Below are positions 11,351 through 23,359 of a stretch of DNA of 64,000 nucleotides, piece after piece; positions within the stretch are counted from its first letter, which is position 1, and the number at the start of each line of letters is the position of its first letter. The notes below the pieces were generated by a model that saw nothing but the letters and a program-made list of their open reading frames with translations, did no database searches and was not told where the DNA came from. The position numbers and the translations under genes are program-made. Source of the DNA: Vicugna vicugna (taxonomy: Eukaryota); NCBI GenBank assembly GCA_013265495.1, contig MU058714.1:248001-312000 (forward strand). The letters are read 5' to 3'.

Positions 11351-12999
11351 CAGGAGGCTGCGTGGTGTTGCCTCTGTTCCGACTCATCCTTGGCCCACCC
11401 ACCCCCACCCCTATGCCCTCGCCCACACCAAGCACAAAGGTCAGAAAAGGAGGACAGAAGAAAACTTGCAGCCCTGTCTGCTGCTCCACTGCTGGACAGC
11501 AAAGACCCCTCCCCACACCCGAGGAAGGGCCAGGAGCCCATTCTCAGCTGTGGGGACCACCCCTTTCTGAGGATGACCCAAAAGGAGAGGGTGGGGGAGG
11601 GCGGGCAGCACCCCTGGAGGCCTGGGAAGGAAGGGGGAGGACACGTGGCCCAGATTATCATTAACTTGGAGCCGACCCTACACCCAACAGATGCTCCACA
11701 AGCCACAGTCAGGACGCACGTTATCAGTACGATTTTAGTGCGCTCCAGTCTCTTCCACTACTTCCCTCCAGCCCCAAAGACAGTGCTCTCCCAGGGTCTC
11801 CCCACCAGCCCTCCAGGGCCACAACTGGGTTCCCTACAGCTGAAGGGTCTATACCCCACACTGCCCCCCAGACACCAACCCTCACAGCCTAGGGCTGGAA
11901 GCTGGGGTGGGCCCGGCTGTCTGGGTCTGCAGTGGTGGCAGGGTGCCTCCACCTTTGAGTTCCCACCTTCACAGGCTGCCCAGGGCCAGCCAGACACCCC
12001 ACCCCACAGGGAGAGTCCTACGCATCTTGGCTAGGCCCCGCCTTCCTGCCCGTACAGGACGATGAGCCAATTACACGGCCCCGAGGGGCAGACAGAGCCT
12101 GGCAGAGGATGCACATGCCCTTCTCCCCAGGCATCCTGGCACCACCTGGCAAGCTGCTCAGCCGTTAAACCTCACACAGGCATCACTCAGGCATCACCTG
12201 CCCCTGCCTTGATGTATCTGTGCAGCAGGTCTGAGCGAACAGCGGAGGGTGCAGAGGTGGACGGCACAGCTAGCCTGGGGTGCAGCAGTGGGTGGCAGAG
12301 CTAACCCTAAGGAGACACCGACCTCAGCACCAGCAACATGAGGCACCACAGGAAGCGTGAGACTAACCGGATGAGAATGCGTGTCGTCAGGGACACTCGA
12401 GGTGAGCACTTCGCGTGAACGAATGGACGCGGGAACCGAACCTGCCGGACAGACCAGTGCTCGGATCTCATGCCGTGACGGAGACCTCGCTGTCGCCCAG
12501 GCCAGCGCAGTCGGGACTCACCAGACGTTCCTTCCCTCCCCGAAGTAGTCCCCTAAGAGTCAGGCAGTGGAGGCACGCAGCCAGGCACCAGTGCCAGCCT
12601 CTCCAAACCCCTGAGCAGACAGGGAAGGGTGTCGCCCCAGTGCACGTAAAACAGCAGAGGAGCCCTCAGTCAGCGGGCTCCCCGCCTCACCCTCACGTGG
12701 AACCCATCCACCTCCGCCCCATCTGAGCAGGGAGGGGCGCGGCTGCACGCCCTGATTCTAGGGCTCGAGGGCGCCCCCAGAGGCAGGGACGTACCCGCAA
12801 GGTCCGAGCAGTCTCTCCAGGCCCGCGTGGGCATCATTAGGTGGGAGCCATGCGGCCAGTGAGCGGACGTGACACAGCCACGCACAGCCCTGGCCCTTAA
12901 ATCCTCCTGCTCGGCCTCGCCGACCCAGCCATGTGTCCCACCACAGCCACGTGGACGTACACTCCAGATGCACAGCCACGTGGAGGAGGGCAGCTCGCT

Positions 13000-13486
13000 C
13001 ACCTCAGCCTTGGTGTGAGCGAGAACTAAATCTCTCCTGGGATGAGCCACAGAGATGTCTGAGTGCTCTGGACTCCAACAGTGTACCTGCATCTCATGCC
13101 TGAAGGCTCCCCTAAAACCTCCGAAGACTGCTCTGCCCTCTTGCACCAGGCAGACGGGTCCTGGCACTTACCCTCCCCCTTTCCCATGGCTCTCACCCAG
13201 CGACTCAGCGGAGTCAGGGTACAGGCACTCCAGCGCCACCGTCATCACCCAGGTGGGAGCGTCCTGAGGTGTGTGTTTTGCACCATTTCTCAGAGGTTTC
13301 AGCAGGAGTGAGTTCCAAACATGCACCACGGTGGCCGACTTAACAACACACCCTTTCTTGGCCCCCTTCCTTTCCACGTTCCAAAACCACACTCCCCTAC
13401 TGGGGTTCCCGTCACCTCCCAAATAAACTGCTTACCCTCAAATCCTCATCTCAGGATTGGCTTCTGGAAAAACCCAAGTAGAGACA
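13000..13486 (+). mobile_element. LTR16-like (ERVL) solo LTR
   Basis: 3' end tcacctcccaaataaactgcttaccctcaaatcctcatctcaggattggcttctggaaaaacccaagtagagaca; 5' boundary approximate. Confidence 0.75.
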
Positions 13487-13659
13487 GTCTACAGTCTCCC
13501 CACATGGGCACATACACACAGCCTCCAATCAGCTTGTGCGATGAAACTATGGGTGGACAGAGAGAGAAAGATCACCAAGTAGTGAAGAAAAGCCTCCAGC
13601 ATGACAACAGAGACCAAAGCAAGAAGTAAGGGGACACTCAGAACAAGCCCTGGGGCAGC

Positions 13660-14096
13660 CAGCCTCCTCCAAGAACGTGCCCTCCTGGCATCACATCCCG
13701 CGTCTTCCCCCCCATGCGCACTGTGTCAGGACGGAAGGGGTGACCCTTACCTCCGAGATCAGGCTATAAGAAGCGCAGCAGTTCACGTCTCGGCACCCCC
13801 CTCCCGGACCCCTGCAATGTCCAGCAACCCTGTGGAAGGGCCCATGTGGTGAAGAACTGAGGGCTGCAGCCATCAACCAAGTGACTGAGCTTGAAAGCAG
13901 ATCCTTCATCTCCACTGAAGCCTTAAATGACTCCAGTCCTGGCTGACATATCGGCTCCAAACTCATGAGAGACTCTGATCTTGAACAACCCAGCGAGGCT
14001 CTACCAGATGCCTGGCCCACGGAAACTGTAAGATGAGAAACGTTTGTCATCTTAAGCCACTGTACTTGGGGGTACTTTGGTACATAGCACTAGCAC
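13660..14096 (+). mobile_element. MLT1F/G-like LTR
   Basis: cccatgtggtgaagaactgagg; cctggcccacggaaactgtaagat...cttaagccactgtacttggggg. Confidence 0.75.
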
Positions 14097-14139
14097 AGGT
14101 TCATACTTTGCAAAGAGAAGAAAACGTCAAAGAAGGTAC

Positions 14140-15270
14140 CATTAATATCTTCCCAGCGATGAGAAAAGCTATTGCATCCATGAAACAAGAAGAAACAATT
14201 AGAGAGCAAGAATGCCTGGAAGTAAAAAATATAACAATGTAAATTTAAATCAATAGAAGTCTTGGAAAATTAAGTTAAGAAAGCTTCCCAGAAAGCAAGA
14301 CACAAAGTCAAAGCAATGTATAATAGGCTTTTTTTCCTAATTAAAGAGTTACATGATGAAGCCAGGAGGTCCAACATGTGACAAATAAGAGTTTCGGAAA
14401 GCAAGTACAGAGAAAATCAAGAGAATAAAATTATCAAAGAAGTAATACCAGAAACCTTCCCAGAACTGAAGGGCGTGAGCTTTCAGACTGGAGAGTACAC
14501 CAAGCACCCAAACAAGATAAGAACGGCACATCTTCGTGACATTTCAGACACCAAGGACAAAAGCTTCCAGAGGGAAGCAAATCAGGTCATGAAACAGCGT
14601 CAAAAATTTGAATGGCATCAGACTTCTCAACAGCAGCACAGAAACCAGAATTCACTGGGAAAATGCCTTCAACATTCTAGGTAAAAATCATTTCCAAATC
14701 AAGAATCTATGCTCACACTGAACAAGAGAACACAATAAGGTGTCTCAGGTGCACTCCACTAAGACTAGGTAGGAAAGAAAAAGATGAAGCTGCAAGACCT
14801 GGAAGCATGAGCTCCCATGCAGAAGTGAGCAAAGGAAGGTCCCGGACAAGTCACGCAGCAGCCTGGGGCAGTCCGCGCAGGATGGGACAGGTATCAGAAG
14901 GCTCCAGTGCAACTTCTCCAGGGAGAAAAGAGGACTGATCAACTATCGGATAGGACTGAGCTCGTGGAAGCTTGCATGGGAAGCCATGTTGAAGGGTATG
15001 TGAAAACCAAAGCAATTATTAACTCCAGGATAAACAAAAAGTTGTACCAAAAAAAGAAAAAAAAGAAAAATGTTGTAGTCACGATAGTCATGATAAAGAA
15101 AAACTGTATGTAGATTTAACCAAAATTGAGATGTTATTTGGGAAGGATACAAGAGGGGGAAGAAGTGTAATTAAACTAAAAACCTGATCTACCATAAAAA
15201 GAAAGAGCAATGATAAAGTTTACAAAATTGATGAGAAAAGAAATTTTAATGCATAGGCAATATTTAGAAA
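14140..15270 (+). mobile_element. HAL1 / L1 ORF1-like ancient element
   Basis: aggaggtccaacat, ttcccagaactgaaggg, gaatggcatcagacttctcaacagc, aatgccttcaacattct. Confidence 0.7.
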
Positions 15271-15278
15271 AACAGAGA

Positions 15279-16095
15279 TGTTGTGGACTGAATTGTTTGT
15301 GTCCCTCCCATATCCATCTGTGGAAATTCTAACCTCCAACGTGACAGTATTAGGGGGTGGGGTCATTGGGAGGTGCTTAGGTCATGAGGGTGGAGCCCTT
15401 ATGAAGGGGATTGGTGTCCTCATAAGACATGGATACTATTCAGCCATAACAAAGAATAAAATAATGCCATTTGCAGCAACACGGATGGACCTGGAGAGCA
15501 TCATTCTAAGCAAAGTAAGCCAGAAAGAGAAAGAAAAATACCATATGATATCACTCATATGGAATCTTTAAAAAAAAGAAAGAAAGAAAGAAAAGAAAAA
15601 AGAGGACACTAATGAACTCATCTACAAAAGGGAAACAGACTCGCAGACATAGTAAACAATCTTATGATTACTGGGGGAAAGGGGATTGGAAGGGATAAAT
15701 TTGGGAGTTTGAGATTTGCAAATGCTAACCATTATATATAAAAATAGGTAAAAAAACAAATTTCTTCTGCATAGCACAAGGAACTATATTCAATATCTCA
15801 TAATAACATTTAATGAAAAAGAATATGAAAATGAATATATGTATATATATGCATGACTAGGACATTATGCTGTACCCCAGAAACTAACACATTGCATCTG
15901 ACTATACTTCAATTAAAAATAACAACAATAAAATAAAACTTAAAAAAACACAAGACATAAGAGCTTACTTACTCTTTTTACTCTCTACCAGCACCTTGAT
16001 CTTGGACTTCTGCCTCCAAAACTGTGAGAAATAAATGCTTGTTGTTTAAGCCACCCGGTCTATGATAATTTGTTACAGCAGCCTGAACTAAAACA
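15279..16095 (+). mobile_element. MLT1A LTR split by a younger L1 (pieces 15279-15430 and 15952-16095)
   Basis: 5' tgttgtggactgaattgtttgtgtcc...ggtcatgagggtggagccc; 3' gcaccttgatcttggacttc...actgtgagaaataaat...gcagcctgaactaaaaca. Confidence 0.9.
15431..15951 (+). mobile_element. 5'-truncated lineage-specific L1 (ORF2 end + 3'UTR + A tail), 7-bp TSD AAGACAT
   Basis: Translates YYSAITKNKIMPFAATRMDLESIILSKVSQKEKEKYHMISL; TSD at 15424-15430 and 15952-15958. Confidence 0.93.
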
Positions 16096-16499
16096 ACTGG
16101 TAAATTCCAGAAGCAGTAGCTAAGAGTGTGCAGAGCGAGGGAGGGGGAGAAAGGCCGAGGGTGCCTGTTATAACCTTAGAGCATTATGTGGCTTTTAAAA
16201 CTACCTTTTTGTTATACACCTTGATTTCTTTAAAGTTCATTTAGTTTCTCAAAAATAAATATCGGGGTCCCTGTACGGGAAAGTCTCACCAATTCACACA
16301 AGTCACGTGGCTTGTACAAGTGAGTAAAACATCTGACCAGTATGATTTTGAAGTAAATACTCCCCTTCATTTCCCAGCTTCAGTCAGTAGGTAACCCAGA
16401 ACAGACTAACGGTTTTGTCAAGATAAGCAAGGGGCTGAAAGAAGGAAGGAACTGTGGAATTGTGCAGCTTGCAAAGACCTTTCAGTTTCCTGACCCAAA

Positions 16500-16615
16500 G
16501 CACCCATTGTACAGACTTGTAAACTGTGCCCCAGAGGGGCTGACCTTACCCCAAGGCATGTGGGTAACAGCCAGCACAGCCAGGACTCCAACGCAGGTCT
16601 CTGGCTCTCCAGGAC
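16500..16615 (-). mobile_element. MIR fragment
   Basis: cccattgtacagacttgtaaactgtgccccagag...ccccaagg...gccaggactccaacgcaggtctctggctc. Confidence 0.6.
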
Positions 16616-17299
16616 CTGTTCTCCTTTATGTAGCCGGAGCACCTGAACCCCTCAAGACCATCCTCCAAAGATTTTGTGCACAATGGGAACAATCTTCTAG
16701 AACAAGTGATCTGGCATGAGAGTGGGGGTAGGGGGAGAAAACGAAAACACCGGGACAATTAGCTCCAGACATGCCTGAGGCACATGAGAGAGTGACGTGC
16801 AGTGACTACGGCATGTTTAAAAGGCTCAGCCCCAGGCCTGATTCTTTTCCAGAAACTGAAATTTTTACAGATCTAACCCCAAAATGGCTACGGCTCATGT
16901 TGCAGTTCAAATAAATGTGGATGTGGTCATCCAGCCCCTGGGAACAAGCCCCTCAGTGTCCGGGGGTCCTTCCTATTCCACGTGCTCCAGATAACAAAGT
17001 GTCTTGGTTTTCAAATAAAAATAACTGGACTTCCACACATAGTAGAATTCTGTTCTTCGTAGCAGTTCCGTCACCTTGGGGGACCCCACTTTTGTTTTTT
17101 TTTTTAATGCTATTTATTTAAAACACCTGGGACACCTCGGGGTGGCCTTCTGAGTGCAGGCAAGGCCACCGCAGGGACACGGGCCTGTGGCTGCAGCGGC
17201 ACCCCTGCCCCCCCAACCTGGGCCAGTTACTCAAATGCCTCTGGCTGTTTCCACCAAGATCCAGTCCGACTCCATGAAGGGCGCTGACAAAGCGATAGT

Positions 17300-17940
17300 G
17301 AACTGTGGGGTCCGGACAGAACCCCGGAACAAGGGCTCCGCGACGGCTGTGAGCGCGGCGGCCGCCGCCAGGCTCGGGCGCCCGAGAGGCTCGGCAGCCG
17401 GGCCGGGGGCCAGGGTNNNNNNNNNNNNNNNNNNNNNNNNNNNNNNNNNNNNNNNNNNNNNNNNNNNNNNNNNNNNNNNNNNNNNNNNNNNNNNNNNNNN
17501 NNNNNNNNNNNNNNNNNNNNNNNNNNNNNNNNNNNNNNNNNNNNNNNNNNNNNNNNNNNNNNNNNNNNNNNNNNNNNNNNNNNNNNNNNNNNNNNNNNNN
17601 NNNNNNNNNNNNNNNNNNNNNNNNNNNNNNNNNNNNNNNNNNNNNNNNNNNNNNNNNNNNNNNNNNNNNNNNNNNNNNNNNNNNNNNNNNNNNNNNNNNN
17701 NNNNNNNNNNNNNNNNNNNNNNNNNNNNNNNNNNNNNNNNNNNNNNNNNNNNNNNNNNNNNNNNNNNNNNNNNNNNNNNNNNNNNNNNNNNNNNNNNNNN
17801 NNNNNNNNNNNNNNNNNNNNNNNNNNNNNNNNNNNNNNNNNNNNNNNNNNNNNNNNNNNNNNNNNNNNNNNNCCTCCCCCGCCTCCCCCCCCAGATCGCA
17901 CCAGTTTACAGCGAGGCCTGGCGGGTCAGGCACGTCCGCC
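17300..17940. promoter_or_regulatory. Probable CpG island, core hidden in the assembly gap
   Basis: CpG density rises sharply into the gap (gcgcggcggccgccgccaggctcgggcgcccg); right flank cctcccccgcctcccccc has GC-box-like sequence. Confidence 0.6.
17417..17872. other. Assembly gap (456 N)
   Basis: N run. Confidence 0.99.
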
Positions 17941-17944
17941 ACCC

Positions 17945-18443
17945 AGTGGTCTCAACACCCACGGGGGCTGCCCTAGCAAAGGCCACACAGGGGTGCCAAA
18001 CAACAGAAATAAGATTCTCTCCCGGTTCTGGGGGCCTGAAATCCAAAACCAGCATCACTAACTAGTCCAGAGTCAAACTGTACACATGGCTGCGCTTCAG
18101 GGAGAAGTCGGTCCCTGCCTCTTCCAGCCTCTGGGGCTGCCCGCCTTCTTTGGTTGGTGGCCACATCACTCAGTCTCCAAGGCCAGCGTCTTCATCTGGC
18201 TCTCTGCTCCATCTTCACGTGGCCTTCTCCTGTGTGTGTCCAGTGTCGGATCTCCCTCCACCTTCCTCTTATACTAGATACATGTGACTGCATTTAGGGC
18301 CCACCCGGATAATCCAGGATAATCTCCCACCTCGAGATCCTTAATCCCATCGGCAATGACCCTTTCTCCAAATAAGGTCACATTCATAAGTTCCAGGGAC
18401 TGGAACCTGGCTATCTTTGGGGGCCATCATTCAGCCCACCGCA
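17945..18443 (-). mobile_element. MLT1C-like LTR
   Basis: tttagggcccacccggataatccaggataatctccc; aaataaggtcacattcataagttcc; ggccatcattcagcccaccgca. Confidence 0.88.
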
Positions 18444-18539
18444 GACCCTGTCAGATTCAGAGGCCCTCCCCCTTAATTCACTCTAACCTGCTCTGGATTC
18501 TAGAAAAATCACAGGAGATTCAGGAAGGTGATGGGATGT

Positions 18540-18700
18540 GGGAGAGAGCCCTGTTTGGGGAGACCAGAGTTAGACCTCCTCCCTCACCTGCAACCACGTG
18601 ACCTTGAATTCGGCACTTAACCTGAGTCTTCACTTCCCCATCCATCAAGTGAAGGTCAGGGGCCTACCACGTAGGGTGCTGTGAGGACCAGGAGCCCCGC
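18540..18700 (+). mobile_element. MIR fragment
   Basis: gtgaccttgaattcggcacttaacctgagtcttcacttccccatccatcaagtg...tagggtgctgtgagga. Confidence 0.65.
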
Positions 18701-18746
18701 GTGTGGGGTGACCGATAGGTCAACAGGAAGTGTCCTAGGAGCGTCA

Positions 18747-19120
18747 CTCAGCCAATAAAGAGGAATGAAGCCCTGACACACATTACAACAGGGAGGAGCC
18801 TTGAAAACATGTTAAGTGACAGAAACCCAACACAAAAGGCCACATACTGTATGAGTCCATTTATATGAAGTGTCCAGAACAGGGAACACTGCAGAGACAT
18901 GAAGTTCATCAGTGGCTGCGAGGGGCTGGGGGTGCTGGGGGGTTACAGTTATCATTGGTAGCTATCAGTTTTAGAGGTGATAAAAAATGTTGTAAAATTG
19001 ACTGTGGTAATGGTTGCACAGCTCCATGAAGATACCAAAACCCAATGAAATGTACACGTTCCATGGGCGAACTGTATGCACAGGAATTACATCTCAATAC
19101 ATCTGTTTTAAAAAAAAATA
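18747..19120 (+). mobile_element. L1MB-like 3' end
   Basis: aggaatgaag...aaggccacatactgtatgagtccatttatatgaagtgtccagaacagg...ttacatctcaatacatctg plus A tail. Confidence 0.9.
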
Positions 19121-20093
19121 AGAAAGAAAGGGACTCGGGGAGTTTATAGAGCAGATTCCCGCTGGATTTCCTCCAGCCTGAGATGACCACCCGAGTCTCT
19201 GGGCCATGCCTGAGGGCAAGAGGGGAAATTCCAGCTCGAGCTCTCGGCGGGGTTTAACACATCCACCTGCCACACCACGCTTATCCTGTGGTCTGTGATT
19301 TCCAGTCAAGATCCAGACAGACGGGCGAATCTTCCCTTCAGACAGGCTCTGCCAGCGGAAATGCAGAACAGCCAGACATATTAAAGCAGCAGCTGATTAC
19401 CCACAATGCAGCGTCCGGGCGCAATGATTTAATGCAGCCTTGAAGGGCGTAATTAGGAGTTAGGCAGACAGCCGCCTTCCCGGCTGGGGAGAGAAAGGAT
19501 GGTACCCGTGCTTTGCTGGTGGAGATGCTCCCAGGAATCGTGGGCCATGTTTGGGAGGAAGGTGATGAGCCTTTTCAGTTTCATTAGTGAATCCTGGTGG
19601 GAAAGATTCGTGGAGCCTTACTCAGCTGCAGGCACTAGAGGTCAATCTCGTAGAGAAACGAAATGAAGGTTCCGGAACACTCAGGGTAGTCAGGGCCCGT
19701 CCAGACCCGAACTGGAGGTTGGCCCTTTTTTCTTTTTTCCTGTAAACTAAATGTATTTGGAATAAGACAGGTTATAAATAACATACATATGTCTGGTTCT
19801 TAAAGAAAAATATAACTTTAATAAGGAAACTCAACCAGGGTAGGAGTACTCTGCGGACAGTGGTGATCCCCAGTGACGATCTGCTGTTCCTCTGGGAGCA
19901 GAACAGCGCACCCAGGAGGTGGACACATCTCCGTCAGCATCCTCACTTCCGCTCCCCCACCTGGCTGAGCCCATCCAGCCCCGCATCCTGGCGGCCCCAC
20001 TTCCTAAATCTCTGGCCTCCACTATTCCACCTGCACCCACATCCTTGGCCTAGCTGTGCTCCCGGGACAACCCAAACTAAGGCAGCTTTTTAA

Positions 20094-20306
20094 CAGAGCT
20101 GTCAGCAAACTTTTCCTGTAAAAGGTCAGAGTAAGTAAATACATCTGGCATCGAGGCTCTGTGGTGTCTGCTGCAGCTGCTCACCGCTCAAAAGCAGCCT
20201 TCGCCAGTAGAGAAGCTCCTGGGCGCGGCCGTGCGCCAGTAAAGCTTTATGGACATAAACAGCCAGTGGGCCGGACGTGGCCCACAGCGTATCTCGCTGA
20301 CCCCCG
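20094..20306. mobile_element. MER58A-like hAT (Charlie) non-autonomous DNA transposon
   Basis: Ends cagagctgtcagcaaacttttcctgtaaaaggtcaga and gggccggacgtggccc...gctgacccccg (degraded TIRs); about 210 bp. Confidence 0.8.
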
Positions 20307-20329
20307 CTCTGGTTTACCCAGCCCCTCTG

Positions 20330-20867
20330 CCCTCTTCTGAGAGTGTCTCCGCACAGCAGGCAGAGGCTGATCTTTGCAAAAGGCAAGTCCGACCCTTGCA
20401 CTCCCCAGCTCAAAGCTCTTCCATGGCTCCTGTCGACCCTGGATAGAACGCGCACCCCTTGCCTTGGCCTACAGCCCTTTCTGCCTGACTCTCTGGCTTG
20501 ATCTCAGGCCACTCTGGGTCTCCTGGGACATGCTTCCTGCCTTTCACACGTCTTCCTGCTTCTCAGTCCCTCCAGATGCCCCCCACCCTGTGTCCAACCC
20601 TACCCACCCTTCAGATCTCAGCTGAATGTCCCCTCTCCAGAGAGGGGGCCTCCGACACCCCCCAACCACATCAACTCCCATCACCGCGTTCCCAGCACCC
20701 GTGCCCCCTTTTCACGCTCTTCACACTGGTGCTTCTACTGTGTGCTGGGGGGTCCAGTGCGGCCTAGCCTGATGGGAAGGCACAGCGTCTGCCTTGTTTC
20801 CATTATACCCCCAGCACCTGGCACAAAACAGGAACTCGATAAACACATGGTAGATGAAAGAATAAAA
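20330..20867 (+). mobile_element. L2 3' end
   Basis: gctcaaagctcttccatggctcc; cccagcacctggcacaaaacaggaactcgataaacacatggtagatgaaagaataaa. Confidence 0.75.
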
Positions 20868-21269
20868 GGACGAAAGCACAAGAAAATCATAAGTTCTGTA
20901 TGATGGAATTTTGAAAATGATACAATTACATGCTTTTGACACCAAAGATGAGTTGAAAATGCCAGTTAGGAGCAGGTCGAGGGGATGTTGCCTCAGACAG
21001 CTTTGCAAGCTCATGAGGATATGCTGAACCAAAGAATCACGTCAATGGAAAGTGTGTTTGTTGAATAAACGAATTTCCTCGCAGAGTGACCCAGACCGTG
21101 AACACTCCAAGTTCAGAGAAAAGAGAAGGAAGTGTGGGCTGGAGAATCACTGGGATCCCTTCTCATACACAGCACAGAGCCCAGACTGGGTGGACACAGG
21201 TAGGAACCGCACCAGACCATCTTGTTTAACTCAGGCCAGGGGTGTGGGGGCGTGAGGACTGGGCGGGTG

Positions 21270-21620
21270 GGCAATGAGGCTAGGCAGGTCCATAAAGTCA
21301 AGGGGCTCCAATGCCATGCTAAAGTCTGGACGTCCTTCTATACATAATGGGGAGCCATTGAATGTTCCTGAGTAGTGGCATGCCACAGAAATAGCTCTGT
21401 TCCTAGAAAACAACTCTGAAAGCAATGAGATATATAGGCTGGGAAGGTCAGGGGTGGAGGAGACGGGGAGGCCTGGGTGGTGGTCCAAGGGTAGATAAGG
21501 AGGGTCTGGAGACTAGGACACAGGAGGTGAGGGCAGCAGGGTGAGAGGTGTAGGGGAGAAAGAGTAGGGATGGGGACGTGGGAGGTGGCCCTGCAGGAGA
21601 GCTCTGACTCTGAGGATGTC
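21270..21620 (-). mobile_element. L2 fragment
   Basis: gccatgctaaag...aatggggagccattgaatgttcctgagtag. Confidence 0.6.
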
Positions 21621-22603
21621 GGGGAAGCCTCACTTCATGTCTCATGGACACTGGGATGAAGAACCAGAGGCCAGGGGAGCCTGAGACCTCTTCTTTTCAC
21701 TCTTAAGGAGTTAAATCCAACTAGAAATTCATGGCTGTGAGCTGCAGGTGGCCTCCCCCGCCTCTGCTTCTTGCTCCATGCAGGTAGGTAGTCAACATAA
21801 AATACAGGAGAGCACGTGTTGAGACAGGAAGGCGTGAGTGACTGACACGCAGTCCTGGGAGTGGGAGGAAGGCAGGGCAGGACCTCCACTCCCACCACAC
21901 CCCACACCCTCTAGGAGGCTTTCCGCCTGCGGCCTCCCTCCTGGGTTAGTGGGAACATGGGGGACAAGCAAGACTCAGAGTACATTTCTGATCTCATGAC
22001 CCCTTCCTCCATCCAAGGGTCAGGGGCTCTTGACAAATGACCCCCCCCAGAAAAGCACAGCCCTCACAGGGCAGGGGGTGGCATGCGGTTGGTGCCCCCA
22101 TCCCATCCCTACACCTGTCCGTGCTGCTCTGAGGCCTCCCCTCCCCCTCCTGTAACTCGAAGCCCATCTATCTCGGTGGCAGCTGCTCAGCAACTCAGCA
22201 CATCCTTTTCCAACTGTGTGTGCACGTGGCAACAGCATCCACTCAGCAGGCACGCTAATTCCTGTTCTAGAAGCAAAAGGAAATGGGGGGGGCAGAGGGA
22301 CTGAGCTGAAACCCTACCAGCTCCTTGAGAGGCACCCACGGGTCAGGGGAGTGGGGATGGGCATCCACGCATTGGTCTCAGCCCAGCTCTTGGCCTTGGG
22401 ATGTAAACTCTGTCGACATAACTGTTCCCAGCACCTGCAGAGCCCTGGGTCCAGAGTGAGCGGGCGGTCAGGAGGCGGGTAGATGGACCCAGCTTTTCAG
22501 CATCTCAGAGCAGCCAGCCGCGCGTCAGTGGGTCTTGAACAGCAATAATTCAGTGTGTTTAAGTCGCATCTCCCAGCCCCCCAAGGGAAATGCTGGACTC
22601 ACA

Positions 22604-22961
22604 TTTTTTCTCAATTTAGGTGAAATTCACATGCATAAAATTAACTATTAAAGTCTACATTTCAGTGGCATTTAGTATACTCACAGTGTGCAAATCATCA
22701 CCTCTGTCTAGTTCCAGAATATTTTCATCACCCCAGAAGGAAACCCCAGAGCACTTAACAGTCACCCCCTATTCCCCTCGCCTCCCAGCCCCTGGCAACC
22801 CCCATCTGCTCCCACAGACCTGCCTGTTCTGCACATTCCCTGTAAGTGGAATACACACAACTTCCTCCTTTTGCGTCTGGCTTCTTTCTCGGAGCATGTT
22901 TCCGAGTCCATCCCTGCTATAGGATGTCATCAGGGTTCATCCCTTTTTATGGCGGAATAAT
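22604..22961 (-). mobile_element. L1MB-like 3' end
   Basis: tcagtggcatttagtatactcacag...tagttccagaatattttcatcacccca...tttttatggcggaataata. Confidence 0.9.
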
Positions 22962-23359
22962 ATGGGCTAACGTTTTTGTCCCACCAGTTCCACAGCTACA
23001 GCTTTTTCAGCAAGCCTGGGAGCCGCGTGCACCTCGAGGGTAGGGCGTGCAGGGAAGGGGCCCATCTCAGCTGCAGCCAGACGTCGCCTGTCAGAGGGAC
23101 CGAGCCCGAGTTGAGACCATCACTGCCCGGCTCTGCGAGGTCCCGGCAAGACCCTGCCCTGCAGACCCTGCCCTGAGCCTGCCGGCTACAGACGTCTCCC
23201 AGCTAGAAGGAAGCCCTGAGAACGTGGCTCCCTCATCTGAGCCTGACATCTGCCCCCGGCACCTCAGGCCACCCCACCAGGCCTACATTGGGAGAGGGGA
23301 CACTGGAAGACCAACAGTGGCCACTCAAGTCACCCGGCCTGAAAACACAGGGGTCTTGC

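Noticed and set aside
17118..18065. Long ORFs of 224-303 aa
   Set aside because: Their length comes from reading through the 456-N gap
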